A stretch of DNA of 64,000 bases from Enoplolaimus lenunculus (Eukaryota), in NCBI GenBank assembly GCA_030248215.1, contig JASANG010001414.1, positions 62,001-126,000 on the forward strand. Reading direction: 5' to 3'. A program made the position numbers and the translations under genes. This document shows, one piece after another, positions 22,241 to 34,698 of this stretch (position 1 is the first letter of the stretch; every line of letters begins with the position of its first letter). The notes beneath the pieces are model-generated. The model made no database searches. It was given only the letters and a program-made list of their open reading frames with translations, and was not told the origin of the DNA.

Positions 22241-23047
22241 CGGCTGCACCCTGTCTAACACGGAGCCTCGTTTAAATCCAAAACCTAAAACAGAGCCTTG
22301 TCTAATCGTGAGCCAAAGAATTGCCTAATCCTAAACCTAAGGAATTTCCCGCTAGGAATTCTGTAGAAATCACGAAATTCCAGAATCTCAAAATACCACC
22401 ATAAACAAACACTATAAATTTTTAGCTGGGACGGTGGGATTTTGGGACGGCATTATATATAAAGTATACATGGGTCCTAACATGTAATACTATACTAATT
22501 GTAGGAAAAACTACGCTGAGTGCGCAAATAAAGTGCGCAGACAGTGCAAATTCTCTACAAGATCTGAAAACCCATCGAACTAAATGCCAAACTCTTATTG
22601 CCTCGTGTTTGAAAGGAAATTATGTATATTTATTCGGACAAACTGAATAAAATACATGTGTCGAAAATTTGTCATTGACTTTCACTTTACACTGTTCCTA
22701 AATTGGTATCTTGCTCTAAGTTCAGAACAAAAACAGGTATTTTACGATTTAAAATGGACATCATTTTCTTAAAAATTTCGCCCCTCTTCAGATAACCGAT
22801 TGCGTTAAGGCAGTCTTATGAAGTAAGAAAATGCAAACAAGACATCTTTATTACAACAAATTTATGAATCTAGATAAAATGGGTTACCTGACAACAAAAT
22901 CGTTAATTTAGATTTCAGTAATAAACTCAGTTTTGCAAAATTAAAGCAAATAATAAAAACATTACTGTGTTGATGATCATTTCTAAGACTGTGTCCATAA
23001 TACACAGAGCTAAAGTAATTTTTAGGCGATTTCGGTTTACACACAGT

Positions 23048-26000
23048 TTATTTTCTGCGTTTACGTTTTTTGATACGTAACCTTCCAGAAAATTTCAGTT
23101 TCTTCTTTGACTGTTCTTCGCTTTTTATCATATTAATAAGCGACTGCTCCTCATCTAAAAAGCACATAATGCTGTGCAGTATCTACATCGATTATATGTT
23201 GCGGCAAGTATAGAACAGGGCCGTTGAGCATATATCTAAGCCTAATCAATAAAATTAGTCTAAAGCTTAAACTTAGTTCTGCCCCTGATCTTTACGTGGG
23301 CCTACGTTGGTATTGGATTCTCTAGCACCATTAGCTCAAAGGCGCAAACATGAGCCAAGCGGAATAATACCAACTAAACCAATATGGACTTACTATTTGA
23401 TGTGAGGCTGTCGAGATTAACCAACTTTTCGTTAATCAACTTTTGTAGCAAAATGCAACACTGTTTGTGCCTCGCTCGAATTGAAGAAATTTCGTCAGGA
23501 CCTTCAGTAGATTTCTTTCTAGAATGCATAAAAAATCGTACTACGTGTGCAATGATGAACAATGGTATTATCGGCAGGTGCAAGATAAAGTAAACTAGAA
23601 ACTAAAACGATTGTTCAACTACTTTAACCGAGTCAGATACGCAAGAACATTAGTAGTTTATTGCGCTTTTGAACACGGTTTCATTCTGTTTTACAATGAT
23701 GTCCCAACAAAACACAACAATAAAAGGTCGACACAAATGTTTTAGAAATTATGCAGCAAGTCGCTTTGGAGACAAGGATAGGACTTCACAGAACGCCGTT
23801 AGGACTATCATTTTGTTTTCAAACGAAAATAAGCAAACACTTCATGTTTGCTTGATAGTAAAGTGTAGGTGAAACAAAACACGACAATGGAACAGGGTAA
23901 TTCGTGCGATAGCGACCCCCCTCAAAACAAAGACGGGGGTCGGCCAAAAACGCAACGCCCGATGTTATATTTTGCGCCATGCGGAACCCCAAGAGTTGCA
24001 CACTCATGTATCAACCACTCTTGGTTGCTGTAACCGCGAGCCGCGCAAATCGCGTCTGCGAACGATTGCACACAAGATAAGACCAATCGCGATCAAAGTC
24101 GCTGTTTGAACGCGATCACGTTTGCACATAATTCTATCCGTGTCTGTAGTAAATACTAACATCTCTGCTGCATCATACTCCAATTCCATGGCATCCGCTT
24201 GCCGCTTAAACCATTCTTGTTTACTGCGCATTTTAGATAAATAGTGTTCAAGTTTCTCGATTTCAACTGCTAACGACATCCGTTCACGCAGAACCGCCAT
24301 AAGATTTTCTTCAATTGGGAAAACGGGTAAGCCGCGATCTAAAATATTATCTACTACAGTTCATCAGCATATACGGATAATTTTAGAAATTGGAACAGCT
24401 TCAAAATTTTTAAAAATAATTCTATAATAAACCGAAAATTACACTGCAGCACCACACATGATGGCAACAAAAGTTACAATTCGGTCCGGCAACAATTGCA
24501 GGTTTGGATTCGTATTCGTTTTTGAATCCGAATTAAACAATGTTCGACAATATATGCTTTACTATTTTAACAATAAAATTTTAAATAACTTGTTATACAA
24601 ATAACTATTTTTTATTTCAAGTCACAAATCTCACGACAAAGGTTCGGCACGGAATAATTGCTGTTTGCAAAAAAGTAGATTTGCTGGAATAATAAAAGTT
24701 ATTAGTTTTGAAAGTCGAAAAGCAACGTTCTAATTTCATTAAGTTTCCAATCATTAGCGATATATCAGAAATATACAAAATGCTAGGTTCTGATTCGAAT
24801 TCGTCAAATTAGCTATAGATTCGTTGACATACTGTAGCATCGTGTAACAAAATTATACTATGTTCATAATACCTAAGTAATAATCAGATACAGATCTTCT
24901 GTAGTGTACTTTTTTATGCTACACTAAAATAAATCAAAGAAAGACGTACCAGAAACTCTGTTTGCAGCTTGGCTCAATTATTTAGTGTTATTCACCGATC
25001 CAGGATTTTGTCCACCGGCCAAGCAAAAGGCGTTGCGCATTATAAAAACAAAACCTTTGGTTAAATTTTAAAAGCGGTCATATAACGGCAAAACGTAATT
25101 GATAGGACAACAAAATTACATTAGTCATACTTTTTCCAAATTGATGCATTAGTTTCGTATATGTTGTTGCATCGCATTCGTCTACGAGCATTGTGCTCAA
25201 GCCAACATTTTGGGCACGTGCAGTTCGACCACTACGGTGTACATAAATCTGAAACAACAGGTAACAAGTCATGTTAATTTACATTTAGTACATTACCATT
25301 GGCTAAAATTAAAGCATTTTTCAGATATTATGTCTGTGCGATTGACTTCAATATGCACACTGCTGTTTTAAAACACAATTTCCAAGTCCAATATAAAATC
25401 CATAGTAAGCAGTACAGATAATGTGACAATAGAAAGTAAACTCACTTCAACTGTTTTCGGAACCTGATAATGGATGATATGCTTTATCTGAGGAATATCT
25501 ACACCACGAGCAGCCACATCAGTTGACAATAACACAGAATTTTCTTTAGCTGAAAAAATAATACTAAAAAAGAATATTTTAGTTTAGCGACCAACCTGCT
25601 ACTCCAACAATACACCCCACGAAATTGAAGTTAGAAAACCATGTCTAGGAATTACATACAAGAATTCTAACAATATGGTAACTCGTTGTTTAAATATATT
25701 ATGAACAAGATTGTTTTGGTGAAGTTTTTTAAAAAAGATATAAACATGTTTCGGTAAGAAAAATACACCACTTTCGTCCTTGGCACAAAACAGATGACAA
25801 TTACCACACAATCCATTTTGGTATGTCTATGACAAAGAGTACGAGAAAACCAATTTGAAAATTATAGCGTACTGTTACCGGAACAGGGATGGTCGGTCTC
25901 GATCAAAAAAACGAGACCGAGACCCAACCTAACGAGACCGAGACTTTTGGTCTCGGTCTCGGTCAATTTTTAACCTGTACCGAAAATAAAAATTGATTTT

Positions 26001-29000
26001 TTATCAAAACTATTGAATATTTTTATCTGCTTTGAATTGCCGCTTCATACAATTAAACTAATAAATCGTCGCCAAAATTTATTTTTTACTTTGTTTTTCA
26101 CTTGACTACTGTCGCCATACCATTCGAACAGGCTCGGGACAAATCACGCTGTCTCAACACAACCTCGGTTTAGTACCTAGTTAAAAGATATAATGTTGTT
26201 TTTGCTCCCGGGCAAACCGAAGAAACTGGATAACTTTTTAACATAGCGTGAGGTTTTTTAAGTTTCCTTTCAAAAACAGAATTCTGGGTAACCGGAGTTG
26301 TCATTCTGTTTCTCAAATCGCTGTATACCCAGGTGGCAGTGCTCCACAATCGTTCGCTGCCTGAGTTGGTAGGCGAAATGTGCAAGCACTTCCAGGCCAA
26401 AGCTGCGATCTAAGGAAATTTTTTTGTGATTCCTTATCGCTTTTTTGTCTTGGTTTGCAAACCACCGACCGAGACAGAAAAAATCGTGATTGAGACTGAG
26501 ACAAGCCAAATCCCGAAACTTGCCGAGACCGAGACCGCCCATCCCTGTACCGGAAATGCTGGGTTAGAGAATAGGCGCACTGTATTTTTGTAGCTAAGAA
26601 ATCCGCACAACCAATCAAGGGTGCCGGAAACATGCGAACAATATTTTATTTACCTACCAACGAATTTTTCTACGCTTTTAAGTCGCCGTTTTTCTTGCAT
26701 TTTTCCATGCAAACAAAGCGGATTTAAACCAAGACGCGACAGAATATTATGTAATCTACGAATGCCGTTGATGCTATTGGCAAATATTAGCGTACGACAA
26801 CGGAACTTGGTCAAAATGTAGTACAGCTTCGTATCCTGATTAAATACAAATGTCATCACAGCTAGCATCTTGCACTTGTTATTAGGCAATAGGCAAATAA
26901 CCAATAGATTTTCACCGGGACTCCGGTTCCTGCCGCAATTTGTGCAAAAACTAGATTCATATTTCGGTCAGTGTTTCAGCCTTAGAAAACTCAAGACTCG
27001 AAACTTTTTGTGCTTTTGTGACAAATCTCTCATAATTCTTAAAATACTAAAGTATTTGCAAAACACAAGCCATAAACCATAATTCTTCCATAAATGAATT
27101 TTTAAATCGTTTGTCTGAAAACTAAACATTTCACATTAATTTTGTTAGTTTTCAACCAAAATACAAGATATACCTTATCTTCGCAACTAGAGCAGTTTAA
27201 CCTTGCTTCAGTCACATTTTTTGCCAATGAGTTCTGCTCTGTCAAATCCACAACAATATGCTGTGATCGCATATTGAAAAAACTAACCAGATTTTCTATA
27301 AACAAAACAACACACGTCATAGCAATAAAACATGCAAAACTATTGAAAGATGTGCAAAATCTTAAATAGTAATTCTCGAACTAAATTCAGAAATAGTTTA
27401 TAAAACGTTAATTTAGATGCAACAAATTCGCAATGCAACACTACGTCACATTGCATTGGAAAAAGTTTGCGTTCTGAGTAAAGTTGCACGTTGAAGCAAT
27501 ATCGGAATACACAATTTGCAAACCAAACGTTTAATACATTGCAGTATGACACACCATATACCATGTAACACTATACTGAAATGTAAATAATTGATATTCA
27601 GAAAGAAAAAAGTAATAAAAAAAGTTATAAATTTTAAGGCTGATTAAAACATTAAAAAAGTTCCGCCAACCTATTTTATTTTCAGGAGTTCGATGCTGAA
27701 CTTTCTGCTTTGTTAACAGACGTTTTGGAGGAGGATGTACAAAACTAAGAGTTGCACTAAACACAAATGTTTGTCGCCGCCTGTTGCAATTCGGGTCACT
27801 GCAACAACTATGGCCTATGTCAATTATATGGGTTTGCCCATTGGGACAAGAAGACCAGTCCACTTAGAGAGTTAAAGATATAGGCTTGGAATTAGATTAA
27901 TGGCAGATCCAAAGGGGCTGCTTGGCTTAGGGTTGCGCAACTAAGATCAAAACCAAATTTTTGTAATTAAGGTTTAGCACTATAATTTCGATTGGCTTCC
28001 GTTTGCCAGCTTTTTTGCATTATAGCAAGCCCCTCTTTCAGAAATTTCTGGATCTGATACTGGGCTAGGCTTGGACTTCGGTTTTAGCTAGGCTTATTGG
28101 TTACGCCCTTTTAACATGACCTGCAGTTACAACTAGAATTAAATTACGTGCAGCCGTACACGTGTGCGATCGCAGGAGCACGCGAACACGCTGATAGTTA
28201 ACCGCGGACGAACATAACCGAGGGCTGTTATGTAATTTAACATTGATTTTATGTCAAGTATAAAATTGTCAGTTATGCTTATAGAAAGAACATTTTTGAC
28301 GCGAGTCTGCAAAGACATGCAGAAATCAGTAACCGCATCCATCTTGACTTGCGTGCGTCTGCCCATGAGAACTGAGCACTCTGTGAAAAAATAAAAACCT
28401 AACGTTTTACAACAATTATAAACAACATAAATAAACGCACATAATAAAATAAACAAATTCCAACTATAACCAATACAGTTTCTTATATTCAGACAGCGAA
28501 GCGTACCACTGGATATGTTCAAGAATATTCTGCAATTCAGGGAAGTGTCCACTTTCAACCATGCGATCTGTTTCATCGATAACAAGACATCGCATTTCGT
28601 GTAAGTTTTGCAAACTTGGCAGCTCCTATAGAAAAACGTAGTACTGAATACATTGGCCATGCAATAAAAAATAAAAGTACCCAAATGGTTAAACTTATTA
28701 AATGTTAAAATCATACCCGTGGCCAAAGTAAACGTCATGCTTACATCTTGCATCAAATCAAATAATCTTCCAGGAGTAGCAACTATGATATGCGGATCGC
28801 GCTTCAAAATCCGTTTCTGTTTTTCAATTGACAATCCGCCAATTACTGATGCTACCTATAATGAAATTTTTACGCCACTATTTAACTAACAGCCACTCAT
28901 GGAAATTAGCAAGCAACCATGTCGTGTTAGGTTGTATTCAGGAGACAAACGGAACTCCGATTCCGGTTAGAATTGCTATTCGAAACCAGTTCTGATTCCG

Positions 29001-32000
29001 ACTGCAGTTATATAATCGGAATCGGAATTTAACATACGCACGCGAAGTCTTTGTAACATATTGTGTATATATTCAGGGATTGACCGGATATCCGGTTCCG
29101 TTTAATATTTTTCGAAAAGTCGAAATCCGTGTACGGTTTCGGTATAAATCTACCGAATACCGGATTTTTGCGATTGTGATTCCAAATATCATAAAACTGC
29201 TTTTTACATGTCGAAATACTATATATTTTGCAGCGACCACAATTCCGGGCAAGTCAAAAGTGGACACTGTAATGGAATGAAAAATCCAAGCCAAAAATTA
29301 ATCTTATGTCCATACATACATATTTTTATACTACTCAAATACTTCGAACAATGTATAAATTTATATCCTATATCCGGTTGACATCCGACTCCGGTTCCGG
29401 TACAAAATTCATTATCCGACACCGGTTCCGGTATCTGGTAAAATTATCATCCGATCGATTCCGATATATACATATATATCGGATTAGAGCTCATACAAAT
29501 TACATTTGCAATGTCACGGCAAATAAGAAAATTGTACGGGATTGAAAAGTTTTAGTTCCGATTTATTTAGATTCCGGCATAAAATTCCGATTACTATTCC
29601 GATTACAATATAATTTAGTTCTGTTTGGCACCCAAATTATATTTTCAATAGCAAACATGGCTGTTTATATTTTGATCCAACCTACATCGCTAAGCAAAAG
29701 AAAAGCAAGCAAGTATTGCTACCAATCTTCTCTTATTTTCAAAAACAAACATGTCATTTTTCAAAAGTATATAACAAAAAATCAGACACCGTATGAGGGT
29801 TACAATTTTGATCGGATGCATGATTTCATCCACAAAATGATGTAACAAAGGCTGTTATATTTTCGCGATTTCTCGCACCATTATTTTACACAACGCATCA
29901 AGTAAATTTTAAAAAGTCATTACTTACATTGCCATATGCATTTGATTGCAATGGACATATTGATTCCGGTTAGTTAACTGGATTCCGTGTATACTTTACT
30001 ACACATATATTTTTTCTTTTAAACTCGTGAAACATTTACCTTAATTTGATCGTCAGGTAAAATAGCTAATATGTGGTTTTTAGTTTGCACTGCAAGTTCA
30101 CGCGTTGGTGACAAAATCAGCGCAAATGGCCGTTGGATAACCTGAAAACACATGACACTTAGCCATAAGCGCGTCAGTAACTGTTATTTTTAAAAACAAT
30201 ATTTAAATTACATATCCTTAAAAATCAAATAAGAACCAAATGTTAAACACTACATACGTGCTAATTGGTCTTACAACTGATTGCAACAAATTGCCGTTGC
30301 ACAAAAATTACCTTTGTTTTACGACTTAATAACAATCAATTTCTAAAAAAAAATGGTTGAGTCGCGAAACTTTGCATACTTTGTTTTCAGTGACAGCATC
30401 TAAAATCTTTGTCACAATTGGAAGCGCAAACGCAAGAGTTTTACCACTACCCTGAAATAACCCATCACAATCCGCACTTCTTTAACAATAAAATACTGGT
30501 CAACGTGGATGCAACATTTGCAACACCAATATTTCAAAGCATGTGTAGCAGATCACGGTTCTAAGTGATTCCTGAATACAAGTTCCAAGTTACAAAAACA
30601 AACTTTTTGTTCTATTCTGGAATGACGCCCAAAATACGTTTGTGTGGCAATACAGTTTGGACAGTATAATACACCGTCTAAAATTTTGCTCACCGTATTG
30701 TTACAAAACGCAATAGGATATATGGTCATTGTGTTGCGCATATGAATATCGTAACAGCAAGTTATCCCAAAATCAATGTCGTAACCGAAACTTAAAATTT
30801 CAAGACATAATGAAATAAAACTTGAAAAAGCTAAAACACATTATTTGCTACGCGATATTGCGTCTTGGCTATGTCTGCAAAATAAGTAAATGCCAACTTA
30901 CAGTTTCTGAAGCTCCCAAAACATCGCAGCCATCACAGATTGCACGAGGAAGGACCTGTGCTTGTATTTCCGTCGGTCTACAGAACTTCAATGCTGCTAA
31001 AGCGGCGAACAACTTTGGATGAATACACATATTGCTCCAACCAATAATGGCGTCTGAAACAGACTGCTTCAACGCGTAACTTTAACAATACACCAAATTA
31101 CAACAAATGATAAAACTGTCCGAGCGTCAAACACTTCACCAGAATGTTTTTTAGTTTCAAGCGAGCTGGATAAATGTAACAACGGCTAATGAGTTTAAAC
31201 TGCTGAAATACAAGGATGTAACCAGAATTTATTGTTGAAGAATAGAAGTCAAGAGGTAACTGCAACTACTTGAAGTACTTGTAGAGAGCTTCTGCTTAGT
31301 ATCAGTGACCTCCGTTGAACGATTATTAGTCTACAACAAAACAAGTAATAATATAAACATACGTAATGTCTGAATAACACAAGACCTTAAAACCGAATAA
31401 ATTTGTCACAACTACTGAGTCGAATAATAAAAGCTGTATACAGCAAGCGATGCTTGTCACCCAAAAGAAAGACTAGCTTATAAAATTACTTCATACAAGT
31501 TATCCGTATAGTTACAAAATTTGCAGTTCCGATTCCGCTTCCAGTATAACTTTGGTATTCCGATTCCGGTATAATCCAGTTCCACTTTGGACCCTGGTTA
31601 TACGTGCACATCTATGCAAATGTACTAACGTGACATGTCCTATGCAGATACACATATGCTACACCACGTATAGAAACATGTATGACACACACTGGTAGAT
31701 CGGCTATCTGAGTATCTGTGGCGGGAAGTACGTAATAATTTCGTTCCTGCTTTTCCAACTGGTAAATTAAACAACATCTGAAGTTCTGATCGACCTATGC
31801 AGACACCACTTCTCTTTTACTCAACGTTCTGTCAACTTTATCCTTGAATGACACCATTACCTTATTTTCTTGTTGGATTGGTGTCCGCCGTTTTCTCTTG
31901 GGCGAAGCATACATAAGTTCGTATTTTTCTAGTTTTTGATTGCAAATTCCAGTTTGGGCTGTATCCTGAAACTTCAAATACAGTCTAAATTTAATATTCA

Positions 32001-32236
32001 AAAGCTTAAAAACTCATCCAGCAAAATCTAAGCCTATCTTCAGTTCCCTACTTGTTATTTTCTCAATACAAAAATATTGCCTCACATACACTGCAAACAC
32101 TTACAAGAGATGGCTCCAATTCTTCAAAACACGATAACAAAGAAAATTCAGGATCACGTTGCATCAGCTCCGGATCGACCTGCACGGTGTTCCATACTCC
32201 AGAAGCGCATATCGTGTTCTTACCTTTAGTATTCAT
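23048..32236 (-). CDS. DDX24: DEAD-box RNA helicase DDX24/Mak5, multi-exon
   Basis: N-terminal exon W-x-x-V...FEEL (32236-32105). Q motif FCRPTEIQ (~30975), [60 protein letters not shown] (~28575), [14 protein letters not shown]...[32 protein letters not shown]. Basic last exon ends ...KKRKRRK* at 23048. Confidence 0.9.
25884..26547. mobile_element. hAT-type MITE (CAGGGATGG/GAGACC family) in DDX24 intron
   Basis: TIRs CAGGGATGGTCGGTCTCG / CGAGACCGCCCATCCCTG; perfect 8-bp TSD TACCGGAA (25876-25883, 26548-26555). Confidence 0.88.
28939..29634. mobile_element. TTCCGA-family MITE with nested CAGGGATTGACCGGAT-family MITE (~29073-29485) in DDX24 intron
   Basis: TTCCGA repeats at both ends; inner element starts CAGGGATTGACCGGATATCCGG with ATCCGG repeats. 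Confidence 0.5.
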
Positions 32237-33122
32237 TTTGTTTAAGTTATCCACTGTAATCACTAAGTGCAAACAAAGGAAAGACAGGATGGCGCTGTAT
32301 CAGCTCCAAGTGGACTTGCACAGTGTTTCATATTCCTGCAGCACAATCACAACTACACTGTCCAGTGGAGCCATAGTGTGCAATGTGTCTCAGACGGCTG
32401 CTCCCACTCGGTATCCCTGACTCCTAGCTATGTCGTTTCCTTTGCATCAGCAACTTTCGTTCAATTCCGCGTTTCTAGCTTGTGATCTGTACCTATTCAT
32501 TGTCATGCTGCTCTTGTCATATTGCCCTCTTGTATGCCAATATAGTTGTGCTTTATTATTTCTCGCCATATTCCCTAAAACATGTATCATTCCCTTCCAA
32601 ACTCTAGTTCATTGTGATGCTTTATCATATGGGCTTTAACTATTATTTTCAGGTACGAAACCACACGTTTATACTAGATTTCATACACTGCTTCTCGGAA
32701 TTTTGAAAACTTGGGATTTTGGAAATTGGAATATTACCCGGAAAATTCGGATTTTGAGAAATTGGAGTTTTGTGAAATTACAATTCTGCCGGAAATTGCG
32801 GTGTTGAACGCTACCTTTTTCGTTTAGACTTTGGGAAATTGGGATTGGGATATTTTACACGGGAAATTTGTGTTTCGGGGCTATGAAATAACATTAACTG
32901 ATGCTGACACGTGCAGTAATTGTTTGTAGGCGCTAAAACCGCAAAAAACTATCTATGTCCATGGCTGAATTCGATCCTGACTTTTCGACACAACATACAG
33001 AGCACTGATTCAACTTTTTATATGCTAGGCTTGGCTGAACTGACGTAACTATTGCAAGAACCGGTGTGCTCAAAGCGTAAACATAGTCAACTAAATTTCA
33101 AAAAATTTAAATTATAGAGTTA

Positions 33123-33192
33123 ATAGGGTGTGTAATGGTTATCATACTTTGGATTTGTACTCCAGCGATCGGAGTTCAAAACTCTGTGGGAC
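33123..33192 (+). mobile_element. Degenerate tRNA-derived SINE head
   Basis: GGTGTGTAATGGTTATC ... GGAGTTCAAAAC spacing resembles A/B boxes. Confidence 0.35.
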
Positions 33193-33285
33193 ATACAAAT
33201 GTTGTACGGTCGGCACTCCAAGGAACGTCTTAAACATTGCCGGTTTACTTAAAGCACAAAGCTGCTCGCTATGTACTAATCACTA

Positions 33286-33630
33286 CAGTGTACAACCGGA
33301 GGTCTGCCTCCGGCTCCGGCTTCGGCAGAAAATTGGCCTCCGTTCCGGCTACGGCTGCGTTTGATTTTTTGCCGGAGGTTGTGGTAATTTCGGTAGTAAA
33401 ATTTTGCATAATTTTGCAAAATTTATTTGTTAAACGCCTTTCATTCTACTTTTGTCACAATTTTCAGGAAAGAACTTCCGAAAGTTCGCAGAAAAGTAAA
33501 ACCACACAACTTAACAATAAATTGCAGATATTGGCTAACATTAACTATTTTACCATGTTTTCTACCTAATTTCGCTTCACCGCCGGCTCTGGCTCCAGGT
33601 CCGGTATTTTTCACCTACAGTTGTACCCTA
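33286..33630. mobile_element. hAT-like MITE, same family as 50815-51154
   Basis: Starts CAGTGTACAACCGGAGGTCTGCCTCCGG and ends GTTGTACCCTA; interior colinear with 50815-51154; no clear TSD. Confidence 0.65.
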
Positions 33631-34257
33631 GACTACCAATCCTCTAAAATTTACAGCTTTGACACGCTTATCCAAATATTCTCATAAAAATTTACTTGGC
33701 TTGCAAAGATTCCCAAAAAGAACATCGGTACACTCACTGAGGGTTATAAGTACTCCTATAAAAATAAACACGATACAGAAAGGCGATTAGAATACTCGGA
33801 TGTCTGGCAGGACTATCCACTAACAACTAATTCCAGTGTCACTAAAAATCAATTTACAAACGTTCACGCTGCAGCAGGTAATTATAACTTCAGGATTTCT
33901 GTCGTATACAATACTTAACTCGGAACTCACAGAAATGAAGCGAGTTTTCTGAGAGTATGTTGGTTTGAATGCTCGCACGTTTGTAAAAAATGTCCCTCCC
34001 TGCTGGGTGCCCGCGTTGTCTCTACCCACTCCCTTTATACACTGTCTGAGATGTCAATATGTCATAGTCTGAGCTTTTTGACAATGAATATGCTCGAGGC
34101 ATAAATATATACTTGTCCTGTAATCATTATCGGGAACTGTTATTGTTCATAGTCCCTCGGAAGGGACTCAATTTTTTGCGTTGAATGATGCGTCTGAATA
34201 TGTGCGCACAGCGTGTGTTTTTTAATGTGTGCGCGTTTGCTAACGTATTGTCCTGAG

Positions 34258-34698
34258 CAGGGTACAACGGGAATTATAAAATACCGTAAACGGAACCGGA
34301 ACCGGAAAGTTAAAAAAATACCGGAACCGGAAAGTTAAAAAATACCGGAACCGGAGCCGGAACCGGAAAAACAAAAAATTCTTGTTACCGAAAAATTCTT
34401 TTAACGTTTATCGCTTTAACGGTGTAAACACACCATTTAGGATGCCAAAATCCTAAAACAAATGCAGTAGCTGGAAACGTATGATCAATTATAAAGTATG
34501 ACACAAATTAAAAATGTTGGCAATACACGCTCAGACAATTTCAGAAAAATAAGTGGCAATGATATGTCTATTTTAAAAAATTTTCAATACCGAAAATATC
34601 GGAAAATTCCGGTGAAAAAATACCGGATTTTTTTCCGGATCCGGATAGTGAAAAACACCGGATTTCTCTACCGGAACCGGAATTCCGGTTGCACCCTG
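34258..34698. mobile_element. hAT-type MITE (CAGGGTGCAACCGG family)
   Basis: TIRs CAGGGTACAACGGG / CCGGTTGCACCCTG; perfect 8-bp TSD GTCCTGAG (34250-34257, 34699-34706); CCGGAA subterminal repeats. Confidence 0.88.

Larger units (their letters stand above)
18727..22253. mobile_element. Partial hAT MITE (same family) split by LINE copy 2
   Basis: 18727-18906 matches the interior of 34258-34698 (TTGGCAATACACGCTCAGACAATT, GGTGAAAAAATACCGGATTT, CCGGAACC); the terminal CGGCTGCACCCTG lies at 22241-22253. Confidence 0.78.
17796..22477. mobile_element. Unclassified outer TIR element hosting minisatellite, MITEs and LINE copy 2
   Basis: CCGTCCAAAATTCCACCATCCC (17817-17838) is inverted to GGGACGGTGGGATTTTGGGACGG (22428-22450). 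Termini GGGCCCGTG / CATGGGTCC are flanked by TAAACAT / TAACAT. CCTAA-rich interior on both sides of the insertions. Confidence 0.55.

Noticed and set aside
22241..22261. Start codon of the 1039-aa ORF as a novel fusion gene
   Set aside because: MLDRVQP derives from MITE terminus and flank at a 5' truncation; it is an alternative-codon start with no evidence of expression.
28560..28590. DETD instead of DEAD in helicase motif II
   Set aside because: The third position varies among DEAD-box proteins, including some DDX24 orthologues; other motifs are intact.
28139..28834. 231-aa minus-strand ORF as an independent gene
   Set aside because: Chance read-through of a DDX24 exon into introns; only the first ~30 aa are in the DDX24 frame.
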